Below, in pieces: positions 17,525 through 30,700 of a DNA stretch of 34,849 nt; the stretch's first letter is position 1; each line of letters opens with the position of its first letter. Source of the DNA: a virus (lineage: Duplodnaviria; Heunggongvirae; Uroviricota; Caudoviricetes). The position numbers and the translations under genes were made by a program. Location of the stretch: the IMG/VR virus record IMGVR_UViG_3300024268_000010, one strand, 5' to 3'. Under the pieces are notes generated by a model. The model was given only the letters and a program-made list of their open reading frames with translations, made no database searches and was not told the origin of the DNA.

Positions 17525-18109
17525 ATGAAAATTGCAGAATTTATTGAAGGCTTTAAAAGCAAAAATATTATGAATACAAAACTTGTTCCTGATGCCGTTC
17601 AGCAATATATTAAACAGGAACTTGAAATTAAAGATTATGTTCCTTTTGCAGAAAAGCGTGAGCTTTGTGCAAAGGTTTTAAATGCTTGTAACACAAAAAC
17701 AAGCAGTGGACTTGTAAAAGTGGATAGTGTTAGTCGATATATCATCTTTACAATTTCTATTATTTCTAAATATTCAAATCTTGAATTTTCTTCTGGTAAA
17801 GACAGCGAACTTGATTCCTTGGATGAATACGATATGCTCTGTCAAGCAGATTTGTTAAATCCTATTTTGGATGTTATTGGTGACGAATATGCGACTTGCA
17901 ATAACATTCTTAATATGATGATGGAAGATATCGTCGCAAACAACAACACGGTTGAAAATGTTGTTGGCAATGTGCTTGGCAAATTAGGTGTATCTATTGA
18001 CAACCTCATCGATATTATTGCCGAAAAAGTGGAGGAACTTGAACTGGATTTGAGCCAGATTGATATAGATAAATATAAGGGGTTAATTGAATTATTTACT
18101 AAAAAGTAA
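17525..18109 (+). CDS. Acidic helical hypothetical protein, possibly a tail assembly chaperone, 194 aa
   Basis: RBS AAGGAG. Acidic and helical, two genes upstream of the tape measure gene. The chaperone role is positional inference only. Confidence 0.6.
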   Translation: MKIAEFIEGFKSKNIMNTKLVPDAVQQYIKQELEIKDYVPFAEKRELCAKVLNACNTKTSSGLVKVDSVSRYIIFTISIISKYSNLEFSSGKDSELDSLDEYDMLCQADLLNPILDVIGDEYATCNNILNMMMEDIVANNNTVENVVGNVLGKLGVSIDNLIDIIAEKVEELELDLSQIDIDKYKGLIELFTKK

Positions 18110-18135
18110 GTTTTTAAGTTTGGAGGAGTTGTACT

Positions 18136-18711
18136 ATGAAGGATTTTACTGACGAATTAGTTGATTTGATTATGAAAAACGAAAAAGAAAATCTTGATAC
18201 AATAATGAAAAAAGTTACACAAAAAATCACAGCAGACTTTACAAGAGAGACATATAGATTGCTTGATGAATATTATGATAATTACACCCCTATTCGTTAT
18301 GTAAGAGTGTATGGTGGCAAACGAAAGTTGCGTACTAAAAGTGGTACAACCAAAAGAAAACCAAGACCTGGTCAAGTGAGCTTGCATGCTGCTATTACAC
18401 GTGGTGGAGTGGACGCACCGGCAATAGCTGTAGACTATGGTGACTATGACAGTGGATATACAGGTGGAATTGTATTAGACCCAATGAAGTTCAAAGAAAA
18501 TGGCATGCGGCACATTGGTAAGGGCAAAGACTTTACAGAATGGAATATTGTTGAGAATTTTATGTTTGCTGGGGATGGTGGATATGGTGATATTCGTTCT
18601 TATATCGACTACAATTATCCGTCCGCAGATACAGAACTTGGACGTTTTATGGATTCATATGGTTCTACCGTTGATAAATATTATAAAGCTGCTTTAAAAG
18701 GTATTCAATGA
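18136..18711 (+). CDS. Hypothetical virion morphogenesis protein (possibly a distant HK97 gp10-like tail-completion protein), 191 aa
   Basis: RBS GGAGGAG. Helical N-terminus followed by YYDNYTPIRYVR (Y.P..Y.R), directly upstream of the tape measure gene. Family call is weak. Confidence 0.55.
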   Translation: MKDFTDELVDLIMKNEKENLDTIMKKVTQKITADFTRETYRLLDEYYDNYTPIRYVRVYGGKRKLRTKSGTTKRKPRPGQVSLHAAITRGGVDAPAIAVDYGDYDSGYTGGIVLDPMKFKENGMRHIGKGKDFTEWNIVENFMFAGDGGYGDIRSYIDYNYPSADTELGRFMDSYGSTVDKYYKAALKGIQ

Positions 18712-18728
18712 AAGGAGGGTGAACAATT

Positions 18729-21700
18729 ATGGCAGATAAAAAATTACAATATATAATTGAAATGATTGCTGATGATCAAAAAATCAGAAAGCAGATGAAG
18801 TCTTGGGACTGGGAAGATATAATGGGCACGAAAGGCAAGGATTTTGGTGAATTCGTTGCCGATAGTGTAAAGAATAGCAGAGATGATGTTAAAAATGCAT
18901 TCAAGGGGCTTAACATTGATTGGACACAGATTCTTGGTACTAAAGAGATTGCACAACTTGAACAGTCTCTTACAAGAGCATTAGCAAAAAAGAGAGATAT
19001 GATTACTGGTTTTATCGCCAGTGGAGATACTGCTAATATTGAGCGCACAGTAGATATTGTTGCAGAACTTGGCAATGAATTTAAATCTCTTGGATCAAAT
19101 TTTGATGTGAAGTCTTTGGTTCGAGGCATGGGTGCACTTGCAGATGTTCTTGCCCCTTTTGTAAAGGAAACCAAGAAGATTAAAGATGTTTTTAGTAATT
19201 TGTTTAACACATTTGATGGAAAAAAGGGCGAACTTGTTCCTACATTTAATTTTGAAGGTGTGGGCAAACAAGTTGATGCAGAGGTTAAAAAGATTCAAGA
19301 TTCATTGAATCAACTATCAGATGAGAGTAAAAAAATTAAAATAAATGTTAATGCGAGTTCAACCTTATCTCAATTTAATAATGAAATAGAAAAAATTTCT
19401 AATGCGATTGATAAGACTGAGGATAGAATAGATGAGTTAATAGAGGCTTCCCAGAACGCCGTTAAGGGTTCTGATGTAGAACGCAAAGCAAATATTGATT
19501 TGGCAAATACATATCTAGAGCGTGCAACACAATATAAAAAATTGATACAAATGAAAAAAATATCTAAATCTGTAACAGATCAGGTATTGTATGATCTTGG
19601 AATGGATGAAGATATCAAGGTGATGTTTGAGGAATCACGAGATAATGCTAAAAAAATATTAGGTACATTATTACATAGCGACAAACGTATGGAGAATACT
19701 GTTGGTATTGGTGTAACCGCTCCTTCTGCGGATGATATTATTAGAGCAGTGAACACGGCAATTGATGAAGTTAACACAAAGGCAAAGGCGTTACACACAA
19801 TTAAACTCAAAGTTGACGATCAATTAGAACCTATTTCTGGAGACAAAATTATTGACTCATTTCAAGTTACAAAAAACAAAAAGACATTAGAAAAAGAAAT
19901 TGCTAATATTATTAACGAAATTACAGAACTGGATAAAAAAAGGTTAAGTATTCAAAACGAAATAGATAACGCACCCAAAAAAGATGAAACAAGAGTTGGC
20001 ATGGTCAACGAAATTACTAACAAAATTGCGTCTTTGGAACAATTAAAAAAAGCCAATGAGGATTTACTTGCTGATGCTGATAATCTAGCAGTGCAATACG
20101 CATTGTCTACTATAATGAATGGTTATAACGCTATTGAAAAAGTTGTAGATAACAGACAGAATAAAATTTTAGATAAAACTGATGAATGGCGCAAGAGAAT
20201 GATTGGCGCAATGCAAATCGACAAAGCGGATGTAAATATTCAACTTGGCTTTGACAAAGGTCTTGAAGCCTCTACGGACGCCTTATATAACTATTTGCAA
20301 CAATATTTTGAAGAGAATCAAATTGAATTACATATTAACAAGGATGCATTTGTAAAAGAAATTAAAGATGCAGTTGCAAACGGTGGTGTTTCTGTAGGCT
20401 CTATTGGTGGTGGTACTGTTGATTTAAATCCTCAAACGCTTAAAAATGCAATTGCTGAAGGGCTTATTGCGGCTTTAACGGGAGATTTTATACCTAATGG
20501 CGTAAGCAGTACAACGACACAACCCGCTGAAACATCTAGTGCTAAAAAGCAGAAACTTGTTTATTTAGACCCAAGCAGTTCATATATGAAGCATATGACG
20601 GAAGTAGTGCGTACATTTGCCGAATATACACAAAAAGACAATGCACAGACTGCCAAGATAAAAGCCTTCTTTGACAGAAAAATCATTGATGTTGATGAAA
20701 ATGGCAAGCCGGTAGGTGTGCAAATCGACAAATATGCTGACGCAACTTCAATGGATGTTGCGGACATGTTAGCTAAATTGATTGAACGGCATGGTGTTAC
20801 TTTGCTAGATGATTTTGACAATTTGTTAAAAGATGTTGGCAAAAATAGAATTGCACAAAACTTCCGTAGTGATTTAGCAGAGTTACTACATACTCAAAAT
20901 ATTGGTCAGAGAACACTAACAGACGAAGAAAGACGTGTGCATTCCATTGAAGTATTTAAGGATTTAGTTGACAAATCTAAAATGCTTGAGCCGTTTAATG
21001 TTAAAAATCCTAAATGGAAAGTGTCAGAAATAGCAGATTTTGATAAAATATTTACTATGGCTACAAACGGTCTGGATCAGACAAGTGCAGAGTATAAAAA
21101 TATTGTTCAAAGTTTTGAGAGATTGAAAACAGTCATTACCAATGAAGATGGTTTAGACGGTGACGCTCAAAAAGAAAGATTACAAACTGCAGTTTTAGAG
21201 TTCAAGGAAAGCATTCATGAAACCTATGATACTCTTACAAAGTATGTTAATGCATTCGAAATGGATGTTTTTGTTAAGGGTGCAAAAAAGCCTTATCGTG
21301 TATCTAGTCGTTATTCTACACTTAGAGCTAATGACGCAGTAGGAGATGATGATACCAAACTGTCAGATGTCCGTATTTATAAAGATATTAATACAGCCGC
21401 ATTGGGCACAACAGCAAGAAATCAAGAATTAAAGATGCTGTATACACCTGGTGCAAAATTTGATTTAACTGTTCCTTATCCTGATAGAACCGATATTTTG
21501 TACAAAGATACAAGTATAGATGAGTTTAAGGAAGCAGAGAATACGGTCAAGCCATGGAAAGATGAGTCCACTGCTGTTGAACGAGCTGAAAAACGTGCAA
21601 AGAAGGCGACTGATTCACTTAAAAATGCAGAAGAAAGAGCTGCCAAGTTAGCAGAAACAGAAACATCCATTCAAAAGCAAATTACAGAAAAGAACACACA

Positions 21701-24700
21701 AAAAGCAGAATTAGAAAAAGATATTGCAATAAACCAAGAAAATATTGCAAAATTAAATACAAATTCTAGAAAAATTGCCGGTGCTCGTACAAGGCTTAAT
21801 AATCGTCAGACTGCATTGAGTGCGGCAGAACAAGCAAAAAAAGAAGCAGAATTAAACAAGAAAATTATCGAAGGCACTGATTTTTCTGAAAGAGATACGG
21901 AGCTTTCAGATATTTTTCAAAAACGTGCAAAATATGAAGCTTGGATGAAAAATCCAGAAGAGTACGATGATGACATTGTTGACACACTATATGATGGCAT
22001 CATGAAATCGTATAGATCTTACAAAGAGGCTGCAGAAAAAGAATTAAATAGATTAAACAATGTAATCACTAATACACCACAAAAATTAAGTGAACTGCGA
22101 GCAAAGGCTTCTGTCGCAACTCAAAATGGAGATTTAAAGGCACTGCAAAAGATTGAAGAGGAAATACGACAGGCACAACAAAATCAAAATGCGGCTTCTA
22201 AATCATTGCCGTCCACGCAAGCAGAATACAATAAATATACTCAGTTATTATCTGAAATATATGCAAAAATTGCAAGAGATACTGAAGCAGATAAAGCCGC
22301 TTTTGACTCAGATTTTCAAGCATACATATCAAAACAATTAAAAGAGTTGGATGTGCGAGAAGCAAACATTGGCGCTGACCCTCGTGAGGAAGCGGAAGTT
22401 CGTTTATCCAAAGCAGAAAAAGATTATCAAAAGGCACAAAAAGAATATGATAAAGTTGCTTCTTCTGAAGAAGGAAAAGCTGTCGTAGAGATAGATAGAT
22501 TAAAAGCAGAAAATCAAACTCTCCAAAAGCAAATTGACGATTTGTCAACCGAGTTAACAGAAGCAGAGGCAAAACAAAATAAAATTGCTGATGAAAAAAA
22601 GTCTGGTACAACTAGTGAAAGGCTTTTACAGTCAACTCAGCGTAGTGAAATTGATACATTATTTAAGGACGCAGATAACTTACAGCAGAAGATTCAAAAG
22701 AGCAAGCAAGAAGCAGAAGCTGTCAATAAAATGGTTCAAGATATTATGGATGGTGAAACATATCAGCATCCAAAATATAATATCAAGCACACAAAAAAGA
22801 ATCAAGAAAAAGTTGATAAACATAGTGCAATACTACGCAGATCGTTGTATTTAAAGTCTGTTGCCAATGGCACTGCCCAAACTGACGACAAGATTCCAAC
22901 AAATCTTACTCCTAAAATGTCAAATGCAATTGATGAATTAGCTAATTCAAGAGAAATAATTAAGCGTTTATTTAAAACAGAAAGTCAAAGTAAACTTAAA
23001 GAACAAGTAGAGGCAATTCAAACTGCAAGAAAAAATCAAGATGGATTAAATAAACAGGATAGTGCAAAAAGGCTTCAGGCAGCAATTGCAGAGTTTCAAA
23101 ATAGTATTAAAGATTTTGGTTTAGATAAATTTAAAACCGATGACGCGTTGCGTGCAGAAATAAAAGACAGATTTGCTAGAAGTGAAAGTAGTGAAAATCA
23201 ATTACATCCAATTGTTCAAGAATTTTATAATAAAATTTTGAAAAATGGAAAACAGGTTGCAACTGAATGGCTTCAAACGACCTTGGAATCTGTTGTTGAT
23301 GATAAATCTAAGTACTCTAATGAGTTGAAAGGTTTAGCACAAAAAGATACCGAATGGATGGAAAATTTCAAACCAGAACTTCAAAATGCACAACAACATT
23401 TAAAAGAATCGTTCCAAAAACAGGTTAAAATTTGGGCAGAATCCATTCGAAAAAAAATTGCATTAATTGATAAAGGCAATCTCAAGACAGAAGAGAAGGC
23501 CCTTGCTATTAAAGAAATTGAAGAATTATTTACTTTAATTGACAAGGCAAGCGCTGCATACACTAGTGAATTCAGAGGTGAAGAATTTCTTTCTAAAAAG
23601 AGTGATTTAGATTATCAGCTTAAAGAAAAAAAAATTTCAAAATCTGATTATGTAGACAGATTTCGTCAACTTATAAAAGAAAATAACGAAATGTTGTTAA
23701 AAGAATTGCTTGGAGACAATATAGATTTAAATGGTAAAAAGCAAAAGTTTGTTTATTCTTCTTATTTAAGTCAAGATGAAACAAAACATACGAATGAGTT
23801 AAATGCAAATTATGAAAAGATTCTTGAAAATCTGAAACAGAAAGAACCGCTGTTGGTGACCCGTCAAGGGGAGCTTTTGAAAAATATTGAATTGGCTACT
23901 AAAGCGAATGATACTGAACAAGTAAAATCACTAGAAACACAATTAGACCAAATTAATCAAGAGCTTGCTGTTTATCAAAGCGCAAGTGTTGGTTCAGAAG
24001 AATATTTTTCACTAAAAGAACGTCAACAAACTTTACTTCAAGATATCCAAAAAGCTTCGATGTCCAATGACATAACAGATCGTCAAAAACTTGAACAACT
24101 TAATAAAACATTAGCAAGTGTTACTAATGGACTTGCAAAGTATCAAGATTATAAAGAGCGTATAGAACGATCTACTCTTACATCGTTGTTCTTTGATGAT
24201 GCCGAGTTTATGGCCCAATATCGGGATACTCTATCTGAAATTATTAAGATGGAACAACAGGTGGATTTGTCAAAAGCAAAAGGTGTTTCTAAAAAAGCTT
24301 TAAGTCAGCAATATCAAAATATTGACACCAAGCGTGCCGATTTAGATAATTTTGTTTATAATAGTTTACAGAACAAACAAAATGAACTTTTAGCGGACAA
24401 TATTCCATCTTTGTATAAGCATAAAGCAGAATTAGAAACACAAGCCACTTCGTTGAGTAATGCAATTACTGAGGCAAAAAATGCAGACAAGCCTTTTGAC
24501 GACTTGAGTGAACAACTGCAAGATGTTAACAAGAAAATCAGAGAAAACAACGCATCTATTGCGAAAACAGAATCATTATTAACCAATGTTAATAAACTCC
24601 TTACTCCATTAGAACTTAATCAACGCAGAGCAACAGATATGGACATAAGCGGCATTGCCTACAAAGCAGACGAAGCCGTAATGAATGTATATAATAAAAC

Positions 24701-27700
24701 GACACAAGAAGCAATTGAGTTAGAACAAAAATTGGCTTTAGCGAGAGCAAAAGGTGCTGATGTTGAAGAGGCCTTAAGTGCTCAACGCTCTCAGAAGCGA
24801 AAAAGAACAAATGCCCTTGAACGAGCACAACAAGAGCGTGAACAACGTGAATCAGAGAATAGTCCTCGTGTGCAAGCGTTAAGATATCTTACAAAAACCG
24901 AAGATGCTTATACTACGGCATTAGAAAAAAGAGCAACATTGAACCGTCGCATAAAGGTAAAAGAAGCACAAATAGACGATATTGAAAATGACCATAAGTA
25001 TTCTACTTCGTGGCAATATAAACGCCATCAACGTACAGTTAAAGATCGTTTGGTTAATGAATATGTTGGTTCTGAGCAATATCATAATGACAGAGCTGCT
25101 GGAATGGCAAATGTCGAAGAATCAATGAAAACATATCTCGAAGAATCTTTGACACCAGAGGCCGTTGAGCAAGTATTGTACCAGTTAAAACAGACACTCG
25201 GTAAGCGTGGCGACAAGATTGATGTAACATCGTTACAAGATATGTATCATGATATACTAAGGGACAGTGTTGAATATCAGCAGTATTTTGAAGATAGAAA
25301 ATTAGAATATCAAAAAATACTTGTTGCGAATGCGGGCACAATTGATACTGATGTGTCTGACTTGAATTTAGCTATCGATGCCATGCACAAGAGTCGTGAT
25401 GCCCTTGAAGCGGGAAAAGAAAGAATTGAACAAGAAAAACAAGCGAATATTGCTTTTATTAAATCTGCCTCAGCAAATGATTATGCTCCTTTGCAACAAG
25501 AGATGCAAAAGGTTGCCACAAGAGTAAATCTAAAATCTATGGTTTCTAGATTTAAAGATGTTGTTGCACAAAATCGTAGCAGAGAAGCAACTATCAACAA
25601 TCTTAAACACCAGGTGTTGCAAGCAGGTGGAAACCAAACAGAGGCTAATCATCTGGCAAAAGAGCTAAATGGCATCGGAAAGACCGCTCTGAAAGATGTG
25701 CACGCTTGGGCTAAGGAGTTTTTGCCTAAAATTTTTCTAACAACAGAGGAAGAATTTAGAAATCAGGCTCGTCAAAATCTAATTGCTAATGAAGAAAGAT
25801 ATGCACAAAGAGAAATTGGTGAATTACAAAGAGCATACACTAGAGATGAAAAAGAAGTAAGATCAATTTTTAACCGTGAAACAAATAAAGGTGCCGATTC
25901 TTTTATTAATAAATATTTAGGAACTTTGGTAGACGATTTAAAAGAAAGCGATTTTCAAGATGTGGCAAGTTCACAATTCAAGGAAATTGTCAGTACATTC
26001 AAAAACTTACTTCAAAAGAATGTTTATGATATTGTTTCAAATTATAGTAAAAGTTTGGTTGTTGAGCATGGTAAACTTGGTGGAATTGATATTCGTGCAG
26101 AAATTCGTCATGCATTATTACAAGAGTTAGACATCCTACAAAAACAGCAACCTGGTGTTGATGAAGATATTGCTCATATCGAAGCACAACGCAAGGCTGC
26201 CATGAAGTTTGGTAGTATTGGATATGGTGAAATTGCTGATACCGATGTGCTGAGAGAACAGGCAATACTGACAAGCAAACTTACGGCAGAAAAAGAAAAG
26301 CAAAAAGAACTAGAAACACAAATTGCAACACTTGAAAAGACCGAAGATTCTGAAGAAGAATTAGGTCGTCTTAACAAAGCGTTAGATGAGTCCAATAAAT
26401 CTATTGCAACCCTACAAATGCTTGTTGATAATCGTGATACTTTGTTAGAACTACAACATCAAGCAAAAGAAGACGAAAAGGCAGAGCAACAGTGGACTCC
26501 TGAAAAGCAAAAGCTGTGGTTAACAAATAAATTAGAAGTCGCAAAGGCAAATCTTGAAAATGCCGATGAGACTGTGCGTAAAGAAGCAGAACAACAAATT
26601 GTAAGATATACCGAATTGCTAAATAATCTTGAGGCAAAAGTTGCAACTGAAGAGGCAGAACGTCGGAAGGATTCTAGCCTTATCGGTGTTATGACTAAGG
26701 CTCTGAAAGATGCATTTGGTGGCAAAGGTGGTTTTGCATTAGACGCAACCGGTATTGCTTCTGAGGCTACATTATCTCAGATTTTGCAAGTGCTAAATGG
26801 CTTTATTGCAGCATTTGGTGGCAAAATTGTTCGAGATCCAGAAATGGAAAAGAAGCTTGCTAGGATGAGGGAGCTTGAGGCGAAGCGTGGGGTTGTTAGT
26901 GAAGCTAAGGTTAATAAAACGACTAGCGATAATACTAAGAAAACTAATGAGAAGAATCCTATTGCAGAAGAGATGATTAAACGCATTAAGGCAGAAGTCA
27001 AAGAAGAAAAGGATTTACCAAAGTTAATCAAAGCGCTTGTTGACGGAATTAAACCAGAGAATAAAGGCACAAAGGAAGATACCGAAGATAGATTTAGATT
27101 GCATAGGGCGTTTGCTGAATATAAAGAGCAGAATAAAAATATTCCCGGTGTTCCGACTTATAAGGATAATAAAGGTGAATTACAACATTCGTATAAGGAA
27201 CTTGCTAAACATCTTGGTGTCGAGGGTGCAGACCAGTTGCGAATTTATGAAAATAAGATTCATGAACTTGCCAACACTGGATTTGTTGAAGGTCAAAAAC
27301 AAGTTGAAAATGAAAAGAAGAAGACTGCCGAGACTGCTAAACAGGTTGAGAATGAGAATAAATCACAATCGCGATATGATAGAACATTTGATAAGTCACA
27401 AATTAGAAAACTGACATCTATGGATGATGTAAAGTGGTTTACGAGTGAGTATTTACAAGCCCAACAAAGAGTAAAAGATGCGTGGCGTATGCGTAATGCG
27501 AAGGTTGGTAAAGAGAAGCGTATCGAGGCAGAGGAATATATGTCGGCTCTTATGAAACAACTTGAGAGTCAAATGACCGAGGCCGCAAGAAAGAAATACG
27601 GTAGCGCTTATGAAGTACCAGCTTTTGAGAGTCTAAATATAGATAGTAATAAACGAATTGCTGATGCAATCGGACTGTCAGCCATAACACAAGAGTCTGA

Positions 27701-30700
27701 GAAACAACTTAAAAATGCACAAGCGACTACTGCCGAGACCGCTAAGCAGGTTGAGAATGAAAAGAGGGAGACTTCTACGGAAGCAATACTTAAACCTGTT
27801 CTAGATTCCAATAAAAAAGAAATTATTGCTGGCACCAGTATTAACGACTTAAAGTCTGGTCAAAAGGACGCTTATGCTAACTATATTGGAAAACAGGTCG
27901 GCAGTTATAAGACGTCTGATGCTATTTTCTCTGACGAAAAAGCTTTAAAAGCAAAAGTTCAAGAGTTGAAGGGCGTTATGTCAACTGCTGCAAAGGACTC
28001 CGAGGAGTACTTAAAGGCAATGGTTGAAATGAGTCGCCTTATTTCAACGTGGCGCAATGTGGTTAAAAAGACCAAACCAGAAATGTCAGATAATGCTAAG
28101 TGGCAAGAGTACTTGACTACTGGTGAAGGCAAGTTGTTTGATAAAGAAGAAGAAGTGCCTCTTGGTGGCATTACTTCAAGTAGTAAGGTTACTCTTAAGC
28201 AAACTGCAATGAGTCTTGGTACTAAAATTAGCGATAATGCTAAGAATGAATTGTTTGTGGCAAAAGAAGCAGTTAAACCAATACAGCAAAAAGCAGAAGC
28301 CAAAGAGCGTGAAGCGAATGCAGAAAAGAAAATTACAGAAGAAAAACAAAAACAAAAAGAAGTTTTTGAAACTAAAGGCTGGACCAATAAAGACAAGGCA
28401 GAATACGAAAAACTTGCTAAAGAAACCAAAGACTATGCTCCAAAAGTTGTTTTTGGTGAGGGTGGCACATTTGGTGGTCTTGCGTTAGATAGCACTCTTC
28501 AAGACATTCTTACAGTAATTAAAAAGATTAAGACTGAAGGTATTAAAAAAGGTGGAAGCGGTTCTAACAATACAGCTAAAAACAAAAATAAAACCGAAGC
28601 GGATTTAATTCGTGATAGAGCATTAAGTCAAGACGACACAGTAAAAGGTTTGGCTGCAGGTCGTGGTGATTTGTATGACAAGTACATGGCTGAGGTTGCC
28701 GCACTTAATAAAGCAGTTGATGATGCGAACACGGCAAAGAAGAATAAAAAGACACCAGATATGCGTGCTGTTAAAGCCGCTGCCGAAAAAGTATCTGCTT
28801 TAACTAAAAATATTTTAAGAGATACGGCACAATGGGATTATACCGTAAAACAAAGTGATATTGTTAAAGACTTTAAATTACCCAAGGGTCAACAGATGAC
28901 AAAGGAAATTATGCAAAACGCAATTAAGGGTACATTTGACCCAAAGACGGAGAAGTATGATTTTCTAAATTTTGATAATGGTAAATTGATATATCAACTT
29001 ACAGACCTTGGGGGTCATATTCGCACAGTAACTGCTGAATGGAATGATTTTAATCAACAGTTGGCCATTACATCTGACAAGTCTGTTGGTAAACTCGATC
29101 CACTTGTTGCAAAAGTAGATGAACTCAAAACCAAGTTTGAAAACGCAAAGTCTGTTGGGTACCTAAAGGGTGATGACAACAATCTAGCTGATTTTACCAA
29201 CAAACTTGCCGCTATTAGTCAGGCTACTACAATAGACGATGTTGAGCGTTTAAGACAAGAAGCAATTAATATAGGTGAAATTGTTAATAAAACGATCAGT
29301 CATAATAAGAGATTATTTGCCGGCACTGGTGCAAAGAAATCTGTTGATAATCAATATAATAAGATTATTGGTGCAAGACGAGCAAGTGGTCAAGATTTTG
29401 AGGATCAATTTGTAGATGATTCACCATTGTTTAATGAGTATTATAACGCATACAATCAACTGAACAAGGATTATCAAACATATGTTAATAATCATCAATT
29501 AAATGACCCAAAAATTCAACAGCAAATACAACAAGAAGCATCAAAGGTACAAACACTTGGCAAAAAATATCTATCTTCTGTTACACAGGCAGCAAAGTTA
29601 AAAGAATTGGCAGAACAGTCTGGCACTTATACTGATGTGAGAACGGGGAAAGAGCATCAACTTGGTGGGTGGCAGTCTATTACCGATGATGAAATTAAAA
29701 AGCTTGATACCACAATGCGTGATTATGCTACGTCTTTGTACGGTGCAAATCTTGAAAATATTAAGATTAACAAAACAACTCAAACGCTTACTGGCACTGT
29801 GAGAACAAGTAAAGATACTGTTGCTGATATTGTCGTTCAATATAATCAAGCAACTCAAGCTCTTTATGGATATAACAAACAAGAACGTGAATCTTTAACT
29901 GGATTGGCTGGCTTTATAAAAAGTATGAAAGGCAAAATGAAATCAATTTTGCAGTATACTACCAGTATCACATCTATTTATAGGGTGTTTGGTGAATTAA
30001 GACGAGGTATTCAGTATATCAGAGAAATCGATAGTGCATTAACAGAGTTAAAGAAAGTTACATCTGAAACCGAAAAAACTTATGATAAATTCTTACAAAC
30101 TGCGTCAAAGACAGCAGATATAGTTGGTAGCACTATTAAAGAATTAGTCAGTTCTACTGCGGATTGGGCCCGGATCGGCTACAGTCTTGAAGATGCTGCG
30201 ACTCTTGCTGAAACAACTGCTGTATTATTAAACGTTTCAGAATTCCAGAGCATTGAAGACGCAACAAGTGCATTGACGAGTACATTGCAGGCATTCTCTA
30301 TGACGGCAGAGACAAGTATGCGTGCAGTTGATGTACTTAACGAGGTCGGAAACAATTTTGCGATATCAAGTGATGGAATTGCAACCGCACTACAAGACTC
30401 TGCAAGTTCACTTGTAGCAGCAAACAACAGTTATGAAGAAGCAGTTGCGTTAATTGCTGCGGCAAATAGGGTCGTACAAGATCCGAACAGTGTAGGTGCC
30501 GCACTTCGTACAATTTCTCTTCGTTTACGAGGAACAAGTGCAAAAGAATTAGAAGAAGCAGGAGAAGACACTGATGGTGCTATTGAGTCTAAAAGTAAAC
30601 TGAGAAGCAAGGTTAAAGGGCTATCAGGGGTAGATATATTAACAGACACTGGTGCTTACAAGAGCACATATGAAATATTGCTTGACATTTCCAAAGTCTG

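Noticed and set aside
18090-18135. Possible lambda G/GT-type programmed -1 frameshift at the end of the chaperone candidate
   Set aside because: The end reads ACT AAA AAG TAA, which is not a full X XXY YYZ heptamer, and the -1 frame stops within a few codons (GTA AGT TTT TAA).
22590-23640. Slippery A AAA AAG (about 22592) and A9 run (23626-23634) in the TMP gene
   Set aside because: Such runs are expected in a 16-kb Lys/Glu-rich AT-rich gene, and the track shows no long ORF in the -1 frame there.
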